Assembly (NCBI GenBank): GCA_024276575.1
Contig: JAJRWY010000312.1
Location: forward strand, 1,161 to 65,160
DNA: 64,000 bases
Source: Candidatus Binatota bacterium
Lineage (GTDB): Bacteria > Desulfobacterota > Binatia > UBA1149 > CAITLU01
Direction of reading: 5' to 3'
Part shown: one piece after another, positions 46,359-55,516 of the stretch
Position numbering within the stretch: the first letter of the stretch is position 1
How the letters are laid out: every line of letters starts with the position of its first letter
Notes under the pieces: model-generated
What the model saw: only the letters and a program-made list of their open reading frames with translations
What the model was told of the DNA's origin: nothing
Database searches by the model: none
Program-made: the position numbers and the translations under genes

Positions 46359-46613
46359 TCAGGCCGGGTAGACGCTGACTTTCTTCCGGCTACGCCCGTA
46401 GCGCTCATAGCTGATGACGCCGTCAGTGGTGGCAAACAAAGTGTAGTCACGGCCCATGCCCACGCCGTTGCCTGGATGGATGCGCGTGCCGAGCTGGCGT
46501 ACGATGATATTGCCGGCTACCACCGACTCTCCCCCGAACTTCTTCACGCCGCGTCGCTGGCCGCGGGTATCGCGACCGTTGCGGCTGCTGCCTTGACCTT
46601 TTTTATGTGCCAT
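46359..46613 (-). CDS. rpmA: 50S ribosomal protein L27
   Basis: [28 protein letters not shown]. Confidence 0.95.
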   Translation of the reverse strand: MAHKKGQGSSRNGRDTRGQRRGVKKFGGESVVAGNIIVRQLGTRIHPGNGVGMGRDYTLFATTDGVISYERYGRSRKKVSVYPA

Positions 46614-46668
46614 TTCGCTATTCCGCGGTATCGGGACAAGCCCGTAGTTGACGTCTGCAGCGACGCTG

Positions 46669-46980
46669 TTAGTTGACGGCGGTTATCTCCACCGTGGTTT
46701 CCCACTGCCGGTGCCCTTGGCGCCGGCGGTAGTTCTTGCGGCGTTTTTTCTTGTAAACCAGGATCCTATGGCCACGGCCTTGGTGCAGGATCACCGCTTT
46801 GACCGAGGCGCCGGGAACCAATGGTGTCCCTACTTCCACGCCGTCACCGCCACCGCGAAGGAGTACTTCCTCGAACTCCACCGCGTCGCCGGGGGCGCCG
46901 TCGCACTTCTCGATCGTAAGCCGGGTGCCTGGAGCCACCCGGTACTGTTTTCCACCGGTCTTTATTACTGCATAGCTCAT
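46669..46980 (-). CDS. rplU: 50S ribosomal protein L21
   Basis: [15 protein letters not shown]. Confidence 0.95.
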   Translation of the reverse strand: MSYAVIKTGGKQYRVAPGTRLTIEKCDGAPGDAVEFEEVLLRGGGDGVEVGTPLVPGASVKAVILHQGRGHRILVYKKKRRKNYRRRQGHRQWETTVEITAVN

Positions 46981-47078
46981 CGCCGTTTCCTCGAAAGCTA
47001 GCCAAATTGGCGTGGTTACCGTGTGATGTCAATCCCCGTGCCTAGAGTCTGGAGGCCCTCGATAACGAAGGCCTGGGT

Positions 47079-47849
47079 TTGCCAAGGCCGGCTGTTGCGG
47101 GTTTGGAAGGAACTATGAGCATGGGAGCCGCTAGATTGCGAGAAACGGTTGTGAAAGAGGTTCCATCCTATATTTTCGCGAAGGAGCCGGTCGAGGGACG
47201 GGTCAAAACCCGCTTGTGTCCACCGCTAAGCCCACAGCAAGCCGCACGCTGCCACCTTGCCTTCGTCTCGGATATCGTTACGCGTACGGCGAAGCTCGAT
47301 GGTGCGGCCGTCCACCTTGCCTGTTCTCCCGATGGGGCAAGCCCGGTGTTGGCTCGGCTGGCCGGAGAGGCGGGCGTTGAACTGGTGGCCCAAGGCGAGG
47401 GTGATCTTGGTGAGCGCATGGGCCGGGCGCTGCAGCGGTCGGTGGGAGATTCCGGCGCTGGGTTGATCCTGGGCGCCGATGTGCCCGATCTTCCATTGGG
47501 TGTTCTGGAGCGCGCTCTGTGGCAGGTCAGCACAGGCGGTAGCGACGTAGTGTTGGGGCCGGCTGAAGACGGAGGATACTACTTGATCGGCGCCCGTTGC
47601 GAGGTGCCGGGGCTTTTCGATATCGAAGCTGAATGGGGTGGCAGCGGCGTTCTCGAGGCGACCGTGCGTAGGATCGAAAATGCGGGGGCTTCTTTTGCAT
47701 TGCTCCCGCGCTGGTGCGACGTAGACTCATACGGGGATCTAGTGCGCTTGGCCGGGCGTTTGCGTGGCACTGCGCCGGGTGCGCAAACGGACAGCCGGGC
47801 TACGCGCAAGCTGCTTGGGGAATTGGTTGCCGAAGGAGTCTCGCTCTGA
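47079..47849 (+). CDS. DUF2064-family protein (MobA/CofC-like GT-A nucleotidyltransferase fold)
   Basis: YIFAKEPVEGRVKTRLCPPL N-terminal motif and LGADVPDL...GPAEDGGYYLIG, typical of DUF2064/TIGR04282-type proteins. Confidence 0.6.
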   Translation: MPRPAVAGLEGTMSMGAARLRETVVKEVPSYIFAKEPVEGRVKTRLCPPLSPQQAARCHLAFVSDIVTRTAKLDGAAVHLACSPDGASPVLARLAGEAGVELVAQGEGDLGERMGRALQRSVGDSGAGLILGADVPDLPLGVLERALWQVSTGGSDVVLGPAEDGGYYLIGARCEVPGLFDIEAEWGGSGVLEATVRRIENAGASFALLPRWCDVDSYGDLVRLAGRLRGTAPGAQTDSRATRKLLGELVAEGVSL

Positions 47850-48904
47850 GGCGTATCGCAGTCTTTCGCTGGGACATCGACAAGACCTACCTCGATTCGG
47901 ACTTCGAGTCGTTGCGCGCACTGATGCGTGTGCCATTTGAAAAAGGCCGCGATAAAGTGGCGCTGCCGGGTGTGGTGGAACTGATAAAGGGATTGCGCAC
48001 GACTGCCTCGAAGCAGGGGCGCGACAGCCGTCTCTTCTTCATCACCGCGTCACCTCCGCAGATCGGGACAGCCATTCGCGACAAGCTCGAGCTTGATGGT
48101 ATCGACTACGATGGTATCGGCTTCAAAAACCAGTTCCGCCATTTGATGCGCGGAGACTTCGGAGCCTTACGCGAGCAACTTGGCTATAAGCTCAGTGAAC
48201 TGCTCGGCGGCCTCGCGCAGATCCCTCCGGGATCCCGGGAATACCTGTTCGGTGATGACTGGGAGTCGGATCCTTTCGTGTATTCGCTCTATGCCGACAT
48301 CGTGGACGGCCGCGTCGGCGCGGGCCGGGTCCTGAGTTTGCTCGAGAAAGCGGGTGTGGAGGATCTTTACGTATCCAAGGTCGAGAGGTTCCTGGCGCTT
48401 CGTGAGGATCGCGGACATCGCGTTGGCGGGATCTATATTTTGCGCCAGCGCATGCGCCGGGCCGAGGAACTCGAGTGTTTCGGCCGCCGCTTGTCTTGGT
48501 TCGATGACTATTTCGAAGCGGCGCTCTTGCTCCATTGTGAACGGCTGCTGTCGTCCGAGGCGGTTTGTGAGATTGCCGCCGCCACGCGGTTCGGGCCTGC
48601 GCACTTGAGCGCTTGCTTAGAGGGGGTGGCTTCGGGCGGAAATCGCCGCAGTTTCAAGGTACCGGCGTCGTTGCGACGACAGCTATTTGGCGCCGGCTTG
48701 CTGGAACCCAGCTCCGGGGCCGGGCCGGTCGCTGCCTTCTTCGCCCCGGCGCTGCAGTCATGTAGACGGGCGCTGAACGCCTTGCGAGCAGCCGGTGCAG
48801 TGCCCGCCTACGAGCGTTTGCTCCCGACTTGGTCGAAGCGTGCCAAACGTGGTGCCGAGTCGGAGCTGGGAGAGAAGCATGAAAGTCGAGAAGCCGCAGA
48901 ATGA
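47714..48904 (+). CDS. HAD-superfamily hydrolase-like protein with a C-terminal extension; start uncertain (conserved part begins about 47846)
   Basis: HAD motif I WDIDKTYLD (DxDxT) and motif IV LFGDDWESD. The first canonical start at 47714 overlaps the upstream gene by 136 nt. Confidence 0.5.
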   Translation: MRRRLIRGSSALGRAFAWHCAGCANGQPGYAQAAWGIGCRRSLALRRIAVFRWDIDKTYLDSDFESLRALMRVPFEKGRDKVALPGVVELIKGLRTTASKQGRDSRLFFITASPPQIGTAIRDKLELDGIDYDGIGFKNQFRHLMRGDFGALREQLGYKLSELLGGLAQIPPGSREYLFGDDWESDPFVYSLYADIVDGRVGAGRVLSLLEKAGVEDLYVSKVERFLALREDRGHRVGGIYILRQRMRRAEELECFGRRLSWFDDYFEAALLLHCERLLSSEAVCEIAAATRFGPAHLSACLEGVASGGNRRSFKVPASLRRQLFGAGLLEPSSGAGPVAAFFAPALQSCRRALNALRAAGAVPAYERLLPTWSKRAKRGAESELGEKHESREAAE

Positions 48905-49223
48905 TCCCGCGTTGTTGGTGCTGAGTACCACAGCCGACGAGGAGTCGGCACGGAAACTGTCGTCTGCGTTGGTCGAGGAAGGGCTGGCCGCATGCGTTAC
49001 CCGAGTTGCCGCAGCGTCCGTGTATCGTTGGGAAGGCAAGGTCGAGAGCGGGCCCGAATGTCTACTGCTCATAAAGACACTTGCGAGCAATTGGGAGCGG
49101 CTTGTCGAACGCCTAAAACAGTTGCACGCTTACGAAACCCCGGAGTTGATATCTTTCGAAGCGGCGAAAGTCGAGAGCGCTTATTTTTCTTGGCTGCTCA
49201 GTAGTTGCAGATCTTCTTCGTGA
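48879..49223 (+). CDS. cutA: Divalent-cation tolerance protein CutA
   Basis: LVLSTTADEESARKLSSALVEEGLAACV...YRWEGKVE...HAYETPELISF, covering the CutA1 fold. Overlaps the previous gene's 3' end by 26 nt. Confidence 0.85.
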   Translation: MKVEKPQNDPALLVLSTTADEESARKLSSALVEEGLAACVTRVAAASVYRWEGKVESGPECLLLIKTLASNWERLVERLKQLHAYETPELISFEAAKVESAYFSWLLSSCRSSS

Positions 49224-50008
49224 TCTGCGGTGCCGGCGAGCGCCGATCCCGCGGGTTCTTGTCCCGGGATGAAGCTTTCGCGGACGATCAAAGTGTCGAA
49301 ACCGCGTGATTGTAATTGAGCAGACGCGGCGCGGGCTGCAGCCTTGTTTGCAAAAAGTCCCAAGCGCACCCGGTAGAAACGTGAGAGCAAGTCCGGGTCT
49401 TTTATGTAGAAAGCCGCATCGCCCGCGGTGTCCAGGCCGATTCCATCGATGAATGTTCGCGCGCGTCCGGGAAACTTGAAGGCGCCGATCTGCACCGAGA
49501 AAGCCTGCTCCGGCCAACTCGTAAGGCGTTCGTCGAGTACCTCGAGTTCGACTTCAGCGACTCCCTTTTCGAGTATCCCGAGCCGGATGGCGGCGGCACG
49601 CGAGATGTCAAGTATGCGTTCCCGTACGTAGGGCCCGCGGTCGTTCACGCGAACATCCACGCTGCGCCCGCTTGCTAGGTCCCGCACTCTTATCTTGGTG
49701 TCGAAGGGCAGTGTCCTGTGAGCTGCGGTCATAGCCTCGCGGTCGAAATATTCACCGTTGGCGGTCCGCCGCCCATGAAAGGCATCGCCGTACCAAGAGC
49801 ACAGCCCTTTCTGGGTGAGCGCGGGACGCGGCGGTGGGGGAGTTTGCTCGGCGGCGGCTTTCACGGGGAGGGTGGCTTGGGGAGCCGGCGTGGCCCGCAG
49901 CGGCTCTGCTGCCGGCGGTTTGCCCGCCGAGCAGGCGCTCAGGGTCAAAGCTGCCAGCGCTGCCGCGGTAGCGTTAGGAATGCGCTGCCATGATTCTACC
50001 GACAACAT
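49181..50008 (-). CDS. rlpA: Septal ring lytic transglycosylase RlpA-like lipoprotein (DPBB domain plus C-terminal SPOR domain)
   Basis: Lipoprotein signal LTLSACSAG. DPBB region GLCSWYGDAFHGRRTANGEYFD...DRGPYV. C-terminal SPOR region FSVQIGAFKF...YRVRLGLF. Confidence 0.85.
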   Translation of the reverse strand: MLSVESWQRIPNATAAALAALTLSACSAGKPPAAEPLRATPAPQATLPVKAAAEQTPPPPRPALTQKGLCSWYGDAFHGRRTANGEYFDREAMTAAHRTLPFDTKIRVRDLASGRSVDVRVNDRGPYVRERILDISRAAAIRLGILEKGVAEVELEVLDERLTSWPEQAFSVQIGAFKFPGRARTFIDGIGLDTAGDAAFYIKDPDLLSRFYRVRLGLFANKAAARAASAQLQSRGFDTLIVRESFIPGQEPAGSALAGTADHEEDLQLLSSQEK

Positions 50009-50182
50009 CGCGGTGCGAGTGTGGCTGAAATCTGCGAGATCACGCAAACGCACCCTGTGTAGCTTTCTTTCGCATAGGCACGCGATTGCCCGACCGCAGT
50101 GGCGGGCTAGCCCACGTTTACTAGCGGCGGCTGCTATGCTATCGATGCGAACAAGAGGCAAAAGGAGCAGGCGAGTAAGTAA

Positions 50183-50932
50183 ATGTCAGGTCACTCTAAG
50201 TGGAGTTCCATCAAGCACAAGAAGGCGGCCAACGATGCCAAGCGTGGCAAGCTGTTCACCAAGCTGATCAAGGAACTTACCATCGCGGCGCGATTGGGCG
50301 GTAGTGATGCCGACGCGAACCCCAGGCTGAGAACGGCGATCAATAACGCCCGTGCTCAGAGCATGCCCAACGACAACATCGAGCATGCGATCAAGAAGGG
50401 CGCCGGGGAACTCGAAGGCGCCGACTATGTGGAGGTTACCTACGAAGGTTACGGCGCCGGGGGGATGGCGGTGATGCTCGAGGCCTTGACCGACAACAAG
50501 AATCGCACAGTGGCCGACATCAGGCACCTTTTCAGCAAGCACGGCGGTAATCTAGGGGAGAATAATTGCGTGAGTTGGATGTTCGACCGGGTCGGCCAGA
50601 TTCGCGTTGCTGCCGAGGGAGTGGAGGAAGAGGATGTCTTTGAGATGGCGGTGGAAGCCGGGGCCGACGATGTAGCCGGCGAAGACGATTCCTTCGTGGT
50701 GACTACCGCCGTGGACCAACTTGAAAACGTGCGCTCGGCTCTAGAAGCGGGCGGACTTCGAATCGAGGCCGCCGAGATCGCGTTGGTTCCGCAAAACTTC
50801 GTCAAGCTGTCGGGGGGGGATGCAGCGAGAGCGCTGAAGCTCATCGACGCCCTGGAAGACAACGACGACGTCCAAAGAGTCTCGGCCAATTTCGAAATCG
50901 ACGACGAGGAACTCAAACGGCTTTCCGCTTGA
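50183..50932 (+). CDS. yebC: YebC/PmpR-family probable transcriptional regulatory protein
   Basis: MSGHSKWSSIKHKKAANDAKRGKLFTKLIKE. Confidence 0.92.
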   Translation: MSGHSKWSSIKHKKAANDAKRGKLFTKLIKELTIAARLGGSDADANPRLRTAINNARAQSMPNDNIEHAIKKGAGELEGADYVEVTYEGYGAGGMAVMLEALTDNKNRTVADIRHLFSKHGGNLGENNCVSWMFDRVGQIRVAAEGVEEEDVFEMAVEAGADDVAGEDDSFVVTTAVDQLENVRSALEAGGLRIEAAEIALVPQNFVKLSGGDAARALKLIDALEDNDDVQRVSANFEIDDEELKRLSA

Positions 50933-51080
50933 GCCAGGAATCCTTTGACCAGATTGTCTCAGGCGCCTGCTTGGGGCCGGAGCCGGGCGCGAATCGTTTC
51001 GGTGGGCCGGCCGCTTGTTGGGCGGCCTTCTCGTTTGCGCGGAGTCGGCACGCTGCCGGCCCTCGTTGCCGGATTTCGCC

Positions 51081-51626
51081 ATGCGCATAATGGGCATTGA
51101 TCCGGGTACCATTATTACCGGCTGGGGAGTAGTCGAGGCCCAAGGCTCGCGTCTGACCTGCGTGTCTTCGGGCGTGCTGCGCGCCGGCCATGGTGAGATC
51201 GGTGACCGCCTAGCGCAAATCTATGCAGGGCTGGCTACTTTGATCGCCGAGTACCGGCCCGATGGTGTCGCTTTGGAACGGAACTTTCTGGCCAGGAACG
51301 TGCAGTCTGCTTTTCGTTTGGGTGAGGCCAGGGGGGTGGCGATGGCGGCGGTAGCCGCTGCGGGTTTGCCGCTGAACGAGTATGCCCCGATGAGTGTCAA
51401 GAAAACCGTAGTCGGCTATGGGCGTGCCGACAAATCTCAAGTGCAGGCCGGCGTGGCGAGATTGCTGGCACTCGACAGCTTGCCGCTCGAAGATGAGGCC
51501 GATGCGCTCGGCGTAGCACTTTGTTACGTTCTTAGCGGTGGTTTCGAGAGCAAGGTGCAGCAGGCGCTGGCTGCCGCGCCGGCGCCGCGGCGAAGACCCG
51601 TACGACGTAGACGGGGCGGGGGTTGA
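51081..51626 (+). CDS. ruvC: Crossover junction endodeoxyribonuclease RuvC
   Basis: RIMGIDPGTIITGWGVV (catalytic Asp near the N-terminus), plus the yebC-ruvC-ruvA-ruvB gene order. Confidence 0.9.
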   Translation: MRIMGIDPGTIITGWGVVEAQGSRLTCVSSGVLRAGHGEIGDRLAQIYAGLATLIAEYRPDGVALERNFLARNVQSAFRLGEARGVAMAAVAAAGLPLNEYAPMSVKKTVVGYGRADKSQVQAGVARLLALDSLPLEDEADALGVALCYVLSGGFESKVQQALAAAPAPRRRPVRRRRGGG

Positions 51627-51632
51627 TTCAAG

Positions 51633-52208
51633 ATGATCGCGCGTCTCCGTGGAGAACTGGAGGAGAAGTGCCCTAACGAGGTGCTCATCGACGTTGCCGG
51701 CGTTGGTTATGGTGCTGCGATCTCCCTGAATACTTTCAACAAGCTTCCCGAGTGCGGAGAGGAAGTCTCTTTGTACGTGGTGACGAACTTGCGCGAAAAC
51801 GCGCTGGAATTGTTTGCTTTTGCCGATGGTGCAGAGCGGAGCCTATTTAATGTGTTACGTACAGTATCCGGGATAGGACCTCGATTGGCAATGGCTATTC
51901 TGTCCGGCATCGACAGTGATGAGTTTCCGCGGGTGGTCGCCGAGCGCGACCTTGCGCGCCTGGTGTCAATCTCTGGAGTCGGCCGCAAGACCGCCGAACG
52001 CATCCTCGTAGAGCTTACCGACAAGATGCCGGAGCCGGGTCCGGTCAAAAGCGAGAGCGGCCCGTCGGCCGATGCCGTCGCGGCGCTGTGCTCCTTGGGC
52101 TACAAGAGAGGGGAAGCGCTCAGAGCGGTAAGCGCGGTTCGCGCCGACGGTGGCGACGGCGGCGGGGTCGAGGAGTTGATACGCGGCGCCTTGGCTAGAC
52201 TGTCGTGA
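51633..52208 (+). CDS. ruvA: Holliday junction DNA helicase RuvA
   Basis: MIARLRGELEEK N-terminus, and HhH motifs LRTVSGIGPRLAMAIL and ISGVGRKTAERIL. Confidence 0.92.
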   Translation: MIARLRGELEEKCPNEVLIDVAGVGYGAAISLNTFNKLPECGEEVSLYVVTNLRENALELFAFADGAERSLFNVLRTVSGIGPRLAMAILSGIDSDEFPRVVAERDLARLVSISGVGRKTAERILVELTDKMPEPGPVKSESGPSADAVAALCSLGYKRGEALRAVSAVRADGGDGGGVEELIRGALARLS

Positions 52209-52231
52209 GCACACTGCGTGGTTGTTGAAAG

Positions 52232-53266
52232 ATGCGAAGCAACGAGAATAGAGATGCTCTGAGCGAAGCTTCCGAAACGGATCCGGATTTTTCGCAAGAA
52301 CCGAGCCTTCGGCCGCAAACACTCGACAGTTACATCGGGCAGCGCCGCATCTGCGAGAATCTCGATATCGCGATACGGGCAGCTTCGCGGCGCAACGAGC
52401 CTCTCGACCACCTACTGCTCATCGGGCCGCCTGGTCTCGGCAAGACTTCGCTTGCCCACATCGTCGCGCGTGAGATGGGCGGCCGTGTGCATCAGAGTAG
52501 TGGCCCGGTAATCGAGAAAGCCGGTGATCTGGCGGCCATACTGACCTCGCTGGAGCGCGGCGATGTATTGTTCATCGACGAAATCCACCGCCTTGGTAAA
52601 GCCATAGAAGAGATACTTTACCCGGCGATGGAGGATTTTCGCATCGATTTGGTGATCGGAGAGGGGCCTTCGGCACGCTCGGTGTCCTTGAACTTGGCTA
52701 GGTTCACGCTGGCCGGTGCCACCACGCGCTCCGGTTTGCTCAGTGCTCCCTTGCGCTCGCGCTTCGGCAATACCTTCCGGCTCGATTTCTATGATGAGAA
52801 GGAACTCGCGGCTATCATCACACGCTCGGCGGCTTTGATGGAGGTAGAGATCGAGCAGGACGCCGCCCGCGAAGTGGCCTCGCGTTCGCGCGGCACGCCA
52901 CGCATCGCCAATCGCCTGTTGCGGCGCTTGCGCGACTTTGCGGAAGTTCGCGCCGCCGGGCGTATCGACCTCGAGGTAGCCCGGCAAGCGTTGGAAACCT
53001 TGGGGGTCGACGAAGCGGGCTTCGATACCATGGACCGTCGTTTGCTGTCGGTCATTGCAGAGAATTTCGAGGGTGGCCCGGTCGGGCTCGACACGCTTGC
53101 CGCTGCCGTAGGTGAAGATGCCAGCACCATCGAGGAAGTATACGAGCCCTATCTCATTCGCTGCGGGTATTTGCAGAAGACGCCGCGTGGCAGGGTCGCC
53201 ACGGCGCGCGCTTATGACCATCTGAAGCTCAACTCTCCCGTGCCACAGGAGAGTCTGTTCGAATAG
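52232..53266 (+). CDS. ruvB: Holliday junction DNA helicase RuvB
   Basis: [12 protein letters not shown], Walker [12 protein letters not shown], Walker [10 protein letters not shown], and sensor motifs. Confidence 0.95.
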   Translation: MRSNENRDALSEASETDPDFSQEPSLRPQTLDSYIGQRRICENLDIAIRAASRRNEPLDHLLLIGPPGLGKTSLAHIVAREMGGRVHQSSGPVIEKAGDLAAILTSLERGDVLFIDEIHRLGKAIEEILYPAMEDFRIDLVIGEGPSARSVSLNLARFTLAGATTRSGLLSAPLRSRFGNTFRLDFYDEKELAAIITRSAALMEVEIEQDAAREVASRSRGTPRIANRLLRRLRDFAEVRAAGRIDLEVARQALETLGVDEAGFDTMDRRLLSVIAENFEGGPVGLDTLAAAVGEDASTIEEVYEPYLIRCGYLQKTPRGRVATARAYDHLKLNSPVPQESLFE

Positions 53267-53278
53267 CATGCGCGGCGG

Positions 53279-55516
53279 TTGTTTATGAGCGGCGCACCTA
53301 GGCCGGACATCTCCATTTCGCGCGAGGAAAGGGCGCGCCGACGCCGTGAGGTTGCGGTGATTCTCGCGGCCGGTCTTGCGGTGGTGTTCTTTGCCGTGTG
53401 GGAAATCGGCCGGCCGGCTGGGCGTGGAGCCACCGGTAACGTTGTCTCCTTCCTACTGGTAAACCTCAACATAGTTCTGCTTCTAGTCGTGGCGTTCCTG
53501 GTTTTGCGAAACATCGTGAAGCTGGTGATTGACCGGCGCCGGCGTGTCCCGGGTAGCCATCTTCGCGGGCGGCTGGTCTTTGCTTTCGTTACCATTGCGC
53601 TATTCCCGGCGGGTTTGATGCTCGTCATTTCGTATCAATTCGTGACCAGCAACATCGATGATTGGCTCGACAGCGAGGTCGAGCAGTCGCTCGAAGGTGC
53701 CTGGGAACTGGCCCATACCTACTATCGGGATTCTGCGGATGCGGCGCTTGCGCATGCGCGGGCCCTGGCTGCGGAGGCTGTGGAGAAGCGGCTGCTGCAG
53801 CCGTCTTCACGGACGAAATTGCGAGAGTTGGTTCTCGAACACCAGCGCGCTTACAAGCTGGGAACCATCCAGATAGTCAACTCCTCAGGCGAACAGGTAC
53901 TGGCTTTGTTCAACGAATCCACTCCTACCGGGATGCCGCTATATCCGGACGCTGAATTGATGTCAGAGAACCTCGAAGGGCGTGAGGCTACCAAAGTAGA
54001 GGCTTACGGCGAAAGTGACGTGATCAGCGGTGCGGTGCCGATACTCGACAGTAAAGGAAAAGTGCTGGGTGCGGTGGTGGTTGATTATTTCGTTGAGCGC
54101 AGTATCCGGCGCTGGAGTGAAGACATACTGAAATCCTTCAGCGAGTTCCGCCAGCTAAAGCTCAGCAAACAGCCTTTCAAGAATCTCTACGCGATTACTC
54201 TTGCTCTGGCCGCGGTCGCGGTAGTGTTCTCGGCTACATGGCTGGGTATTTATATGGCCCGGGGGGTTACCGACCCCATTGGGCGGTTGGCGGAAGCTAC
54301 TGAACGGGTTGCCGGCGGTGACTGGGAGGTTCGGCTCGAAGAAGCAGGCGGTGACGAAGTCGGCATGCTGGTCAGTGCTTTCAACACCATGACTTCACAG
54401 CTCAAGGCAACCCACGATGATCTCGATGAGAGGCGCCGTTACATCGAGAATGTGCTCGGACATATCGAAGCGGGTGTCGTGTCCATCGATGAAGAGGGGC
54501 GCATCGGTACCGTGAACTCAGCCGCAGTGTCGTTGTTGGGCCTCGACGCTGAAGGGCTTGCGGGGCTAGCTGCGGTAGAGACGTTTCAGGAGGCCGGTTA
54601 CTCGGAAATGGCGTCGCTGTTGAAAGATTTGAGTGCCGGAGTCGTAGCTTCCGGCACCCGTATCAACGTCAAGCGGGAACAGGAAGGGCGGACGCTACTG
54701 GTTACTGCGACTGAGTTGAAGCGCGTGAGTGGTGAGCGGGCGGGCTTCGTTCTTTTTGTCGAAAACGTATCACAGATAGTCGAAGTTCAGAGGATGGAGG
54801 CCTGGCGCGAGGTTGCTAGGCGTATCGCCCATGAGATCAAGAATCCACTGACTCCCATCCAACTGTCGGCGCAAAGGCTGGGCAGGCGCTTGCGTTCACG
54901 GCTCGGCGGGGAAGACGCCGAGCTACTGGAGCGCAGCGTGGAAACGATCGTCTCTCAAGTAGACACATTGAAGCAGTTGGTCAACGAGTTCTCGCGCTTT
55001 GCGCAAAAGTCGGAAGGAGACAAGCGCCTACACGATTTGAACCAGTTGGTCGAGGAGACGATCCCTTTGTACAGCGAGTCGCGCCCTGACATCAAAGTGG
55101 AATTCTCCCGTGCCGAAGAGCTTCCGGCACTGATGTTGGACCGGCAGTCGGTAAAGCGCGTTCTGATCAATCTGCTCGATAATGCGGTGGCGGCTCTTTC
55201 GGCGGACGAGGCCGTGCGTGAAAGCGGCGTCGAGCCGCAAATAGAACTTCGGACCTCTTTTGATGAAAGAACCTCGCGCGTGGTTCTCGAAGTCGCGGAC
55301 AACGGCCCAGGAATCGCTGCCAAGGACAAACCGCGGGTATTCGAGCCGTACTTCTCGACCAAGGACGATGGGACCGGCCTCGGCCTGGCTATTGTTGCTT
55401 CGGTGGCTGCCGACCACCAAGCCTTCGTTCGAGTCAGGGACAACCATCCGCGAGGCAGCCGTTTCGTGATAGAATTTCCCATCGTGCCCAAGGAGAGAGA
55501 GGTCCGAGATGCCTGA
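53279..55516 (+). CDS. Sensor histidine kinase, NtrY-like architecture (TM region, HAMP, PAS, HisKA, HATPase_c)
   Basis: Four N-terminal TM helices, a HAMP domain (VAGGDWEVRLEEAGGDEVGMLVSAFNTM), the H-box IAHEIKNPLTPI, N-box LLDNAV, and G-boxes DNGPGI and GTGLGLAIV. Confidence 0.88.
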   Translation: MFMSGAPRPDISISREERARRRREVAVILAAGLAVVFFAVWEIGRPAGRGATGNVVSFLLVNLNIVLLLVVAFLVLRNIVKLVIDRRRRVPGSHLRGRLVFAFVTIALFPAGLMLVISYQFVTSNIDDWLDSEVEQSLEGAWELAHTYYRDSADAALAHARALAAEAVEKRLLQPSSRTKLRELVLEHQRAYKLGTIQIVNSSGEQVLALFNESTPTGMPLYPDAELMSENLEGREATKVEAYGESDVISGAVPILDSKGKVLGAVVVDYFVERSIRRWSEDILKSFSEFRQLKLSKQPFKNLYAITLALAAVAVVFSATWLGIYMARGVTDPIGRLAEATERVAGGDWEVRLEEAGGDEVGMLVSAFNTMTSQLKATHDDLDERRRYIENVLGHIEAGVVSIDEEGRIGTVNSAAVSLLGLDAEGLAGLAAVETFQEAGYSEMASLLKDLSAGVVASGTRINVKREQEGRTLLVTATELKRVSGERAGFVLFVENVSQIVEVQRMEAWREVARRIAHEIKNPLTPIQLSAQRLGRRLRSRLGGEDAELLERSVETIVSQVDTLKQLVNEFSRFAQKSEGDKRLHDLNQLVEETIPLYSESRPDIKVEFSRAEELPALMLDRQSVKRVLINLLDNAVAALSADEAVRESGVEPQIELRTSFDERTSRVVLEVADNGPGIAAKDKPRVFEPYFSTKDDGTGLGLAIVASVAADHQAFVRVRDNHPRGSRFVIEFPIVPKEREVRDA

